In this document: piece by piece, positions 61,019 to 64,000 of the stretch
Position numbering within the stretch: the first letter of the stretch is position 1
Layout of the letters: the number at the start of each line of letters is the position of its first letter
NCBI GenBank assembly: GCA_036867785.1
Contig: CP145413.1
Coordinates: forward strand, 1-64,000
Source of the DNA: Plasmodiophora brassicae
Lineage: Eukaryota
Reading direction: 5' to 3'
DNA: 64,000 bases
Position numbers and translations under genes: made by a program
The notes under the pieces: model-generated
What the model was told of the DNA's origin: nothing
Database searches by the model: none
The model's input: the letters and a program-made list of their open reading frames with translations, nothing else

Positions 61019-64000
61019 ATGCGCGCGCTGAACGACGACGACGACGTGTCCGCCGTCCGCCGATCCTGGCAGCACAAGGCCCTGTCGCGTTGCACCGGTC
61101 GTGGCGGTGCCGTCGTGGTCGTGGCGGCGGGCGTCGCGACCATTGCCGGGTGCCTGCTGCTGCTGCTGTGGATGGCGACCCCGTGTCGATTCGCGCCGAC
61201 GGCGACCGCATCTGGAACGCGCGTGCTGTCGCTGGCGTACACGACGACGACGACGTCCAGGGCGCGTCTGGTGACCGCCGAGCACCTGGCCGTCGTACGG
61301 GACATCGAGGCGCGCATCCGGCGGCATCCCGCCTGCGCCTGCGACGCGGACCCGTGCCCGGCGCCGCCGCCCGCCACGATCGTCAACTACGCGTACCCGA
61401 CCGTGAACGGCACGGCCGTCGTGTTCGACGGGCGTGGCGCCGCCCCGATCCCGATCGCGACCCTCGACGGCATCGTCCAGGCCGGCAACCGCACCGACCT
61501 GTTCGACCGGGCCTGGGCCTCTAACGGGTACACGGCGTCGGCGCTCGTCTCGCGGTTCCACCTGTCGCCATCGACGACGACGACGACGACGTCGCTGATG
61601 CCGCTGGCGGCGCTGGCCAGGTCGCGCGCCACGCCCGACCTGGCCGTCCACGTGACCGGCGGCGACGTCGCGTCGTCGTCGGCGCGCTCGGCCCTGCTCG
61701 ACGACCTGCGCCTGGTCGCCGTCGTCGCCGCCGTCGTCCTGGCCGCCGTCGCCTGCACCGGGCGCCGCCTCCCGCAGATCGCCGCCCTGTCCGTCCTGCT
61801 CGTCGTCGTCGTCGCCCTGCCCATCGTCGGCAGCGTCGTCGGTCGCGCCGACCCCGTCGCCCTCGTCACCGCCCTGTGGATCGCGGCCGCCTTCGCCGTC
61901 GCGTCCCAGGACGCCCTGCTGGCATTGGGCGACGTGCCGGCGTTCACGCGGGCGAACGCGCGCCTGTCGCCCGTCGATCGCATGGCGGCGGCCCTGCGCC
62001 CGCTGCCGTCGCCCGTGCAACGCGCCGCCGCCCTCGCCACGCCGCTGGCCGCCGTCGCCCTGGCCAGCGCCGACCCGCAGACGCAGCGCATCGCCCTGGC
62101 CGCCCTCGCCTGCCTGCCCGTCGTCGGCGTCGTCGCCTGCGTCGTCGAGCCCGTCGCCGTCGTCGTGCTGTGCGGCGGCGGCGGCGCCCGCGCGTCCTCG
62201 TCGCGTGCTCGCCGGGCCTGGCGCCGCGCCATACACCGGACGATCGCCACCAGCAGCAGGCGCCGGTCGGTGATCGGCGCGCCGCTACCCGACCGGTCGT
62301 TCGTCGACCTGCTCGACGCGTTCCTGCCGGACGCCGACGAGTGCCGGCGGCGCCCGGTCCGGCGGCGACGACGTCGCGTCAGGCCCGCGACGACCATGAC
62401 GGTGCGCGTCCTGCGCCGCCTGCACGTCGTGGCCGTCGTCCCTGTCGCGGTCGGCGTCCTGGCCGCTGGCATCGCCCTGACCGACGTCGAGCGGGCGGCG
62501 CGCCCCACGACGTTGCCCGTGACGACGGCCGACCTGGAGGCGGCGCGCGACGTGTTCGACGGCATCGCCGACCCGCCCCCGTCGTCGTCGTCGTCGCGCC
62601 CGGTGCTGGCGACCGTCCTGCAGCAGCCGCCGGGCGACGACGACCATCGGCTGCCGGTGGCGGTGGCCGCGTCCGTCGACGACCTGATCGTGCGGCCCGG
62701 CGCCCCGACGTCCCTGTCGGCGATCCCGGTCGGGACGACGGCCGTCGAGGCGCACTGGTCCTGGCCCGCCTACAACGGGTCGTCGCCGATCGCCTCGTTC
62801 GCCCTGCTGTACCGCGACGACGACGGCGGCGGCGGCGGCCCATGGCGCGTGTACGACGCCGGCGACGCCGACAATGACGGGTCGCTGGCGCGCATCGTCG
62901 GCGGCCTGCGCCCGGCCACGTCGTACGCGTTGCGGGTCGTGGCGCGCAACGCGGCCGGCTTCGGCGTGCCGTCCGACGCCGTCCCCGTCGCCACGTTCGG
63001 CCTGGCGCGACCCGCGCCGCCCGCCCCCACCGGCCTGCGCGTCGCGTACGACGCCGCCGCCAACGCCGTCAACGTCACCTGGGCGCCGGGCGCCGCCAAC
63101 GCGTCGTTCACCCTCGAGATGCGGTCGGCGGCGGCGGCGGACGACGACGACGACGACAAGTACAGCGTCGTGTACGCCGGGTCGGCGCCGGGCACGCGCC
63201 TGACGATGCCGGCCTGCACCGGCCGGGACGCCGTCCGGTACTGGTTCCGGGTGCGCGCCAGCCCGAACGCGTCGTCGGCGGCGTCGGCGCCGTCCGCCCC
63301 GGTCGCCGTCGTCGGCATCCCCGATCGGGTGCCGCTGGCGCCGCCCCGCCCGCGCCTGCTGTCGGCGCCGGGCGACGCCGCCGCCACGCCGATCCGCATC
63401 GGGGCGGGGCGGCCGGCGTGCTGGGCGCCCGGCGACCGCCTGCGCGTCTGGGTCGGCGGCGATGACGACCGGTGGGACGCGCACGACGTCGACGACGACG
63501 GTGGCGTGTTCGCCGACAACGGGACCGGCGGCGCCGCCGCCCCCCGGTCGTACAAGACGGCGAGCGTGAACCGGGCCGGCACCGGGCCCTTCTCCGCCGT
63601 CCTGACGGTGACGCTGGGGAACGCGACGGCGAACGCGACGGTGGCGGCGGCGCTCGAGGGGGAGGCGGCGGGCGGGCGGTTCGACGTGGACGACGGGGCG
63701 GTCCTGCCGCGACGGATCGTGGTGGGCGGGGCGGGCGGCGTCGTCGCCGCCGTCCTGCTGCTGGGGGCGACGCGGCGCTTGTCGCGCGGCGAGCTCCTGG
63801 TCGTCCTGGGCAACGGCGTCGGCGTCGGGGCGGTCGGCGTCGGCGCGGTGCACGCGGCCGGGTACCCGGTCGACCAGGTCAGCGGGACGGTGCTGCCCGC
63901 CGTCGTCGGCATCGCGCTGCACGCCTCCGTCCTGGGCCTGCGGCAGCGCACGGCCCGCCTGGCGCTGGCGACGCTGACGACGACGGCGCTGTCGGTGGCG
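61019..64000 (+). CDS. Patched/Dispatched-like (RND superfamily) membrane protein with fibronectin type III domains; runs off the window
   Basis: Frame from ATG 61019 is consistent to the window end and absent from the ORF track. Layout: TM1, luminal loop, VHVTGGD...LLDDLRLVAVV plus further TMs, FN3 segments (WSWPAYNGSSPI...GLRPATSYALRVVARNAAGFG; YWFRVRA), then a second TM cluster. Confidence 0.7.
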   Translation, partial: MRALNDDDDVSAVRRSWQHKALSRCTGRGGAVVVVAAGVATIAGCLLLLLWMATPCRFAPTATASGTRVLSLAYTTTTTSRARLVTAEHLAVVRDIEARIRRHPACACDADPCPAPPPATIVNYAYPTVNGTAVVFDGRGAAPIPIATLDGIVQAGNRTDLFDRAWASNGYTASALVSRFHLSPSTTTTTTSLMPLAALARSRATPDLAVHVTGGDVASSSARSALLDDLRLVAVVAAVVLAAVACTGRRLPQIAALSVLLVVVVALPIVGSVVGRADPVALVTALWIAAAFAVASQDALLALGDVPAFTRANARLSPVDRMAAALRPLPSPVQRAAALATPLAAVALASADPQTQRIALAALACLPVVGVVACVVEPVAVVVLCGGGGARASSSRARRAWRRAIHRTIATSSRRRSVIGAPLPDRSFVDLLDAFLPDADECRRRPVRRRRRRVRPATTMTVRVLRRLHVVAVVPVAVGVLAAGIALTDVERAARPTTLPVTTADLEAARDVFDGIADPPPSSSSSRPVLATVLQQPPGDDDHRLPVAVAASVDDLIVRPGAPTSLSAIPVGTTAVEAHWSWPAYNGSSPIASFALLYRDDDGGGGGPWRVYDAGDADNDGSLARIVGGLRPATSYALRVVARNAAGFGVPSDAVPVATFGLARPAPPAPTGLRVAYDAAANAVNVTWAPGAANASFTLEMRSAAAADDDDDDKYSVVYAGSAPGTRLTMPACTGRDAVRYWFRVRASPNASSAASAPSAPVAVVGIPDRVPLAPPRPRLLSAPGDAAATPIRIGAGRPACWAPGDRLRVWVGGDDDRWDAHDVDDDGGVFADNGTGGAAAPRSYKTASVNRAGTGPFSAVLTVTLGNATANATVAAALEGEAAGGRFDVDDGAVLPRRIVVGGAGGVVAAVLLLGATRRLSRGELLVVLGNGVGVGAVGVGAVHAAGYPVDQVSGTVLPAVVGIALHASVLGLRQRTARLALATLTTTALSVA

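Noticed and set aside
61010-63951. Long minus-strand Arg/Gly-rich ORFs
   Set aside because: Shadows of the plus-strand membrane protein frame.

Overview
This window is the left end of a eukaryotic chromosome, most likely the clubroot protist Plasmodiophora brassicae or a close phytomyxid. That call rests on TTTTAGGG telomere repeats, rDNA/ITS sequence, IC1 group I introns and GC-rich genes with short introns. A ~308-bp telomere is joined directly inside a 28S rRNA gene. It is followed by two minus-strand rDNA units (12.88-kb period): the distal one is truncated, the proximal one complete. They carry group I introns at S943, S1506, L1921 and L2437, and IGS sub-repeat arrays. From ~24.5 kb the sequence is single-copy and gene-dense: trehalase, a PrsW-like membrane protein, a KEN/D-box/LR-tail microprotein, COQ5, PRMT5, CLPTM1, a zinc-knuckle ORF with a decayed tandem copy next to tRNA-Ile, a PCIF1-like methyltransferase, a large beta-rich protein, uS2/RPSA, two tandem nucleotide-sugar transporters, tRNA-Val, a coiled-coil RhoGAP, an intronless PPR-DYW protein, SCCPDH, and a Patched/Dispatched-like protein with FN3 domains. 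The most interesting item is the plant-editing-factor-like PPR-DYW gene, whose catalytic HxE glutamate is replaced by Thr. Exon boundaries and start codons were read by eye and are approximate; no database search was run.
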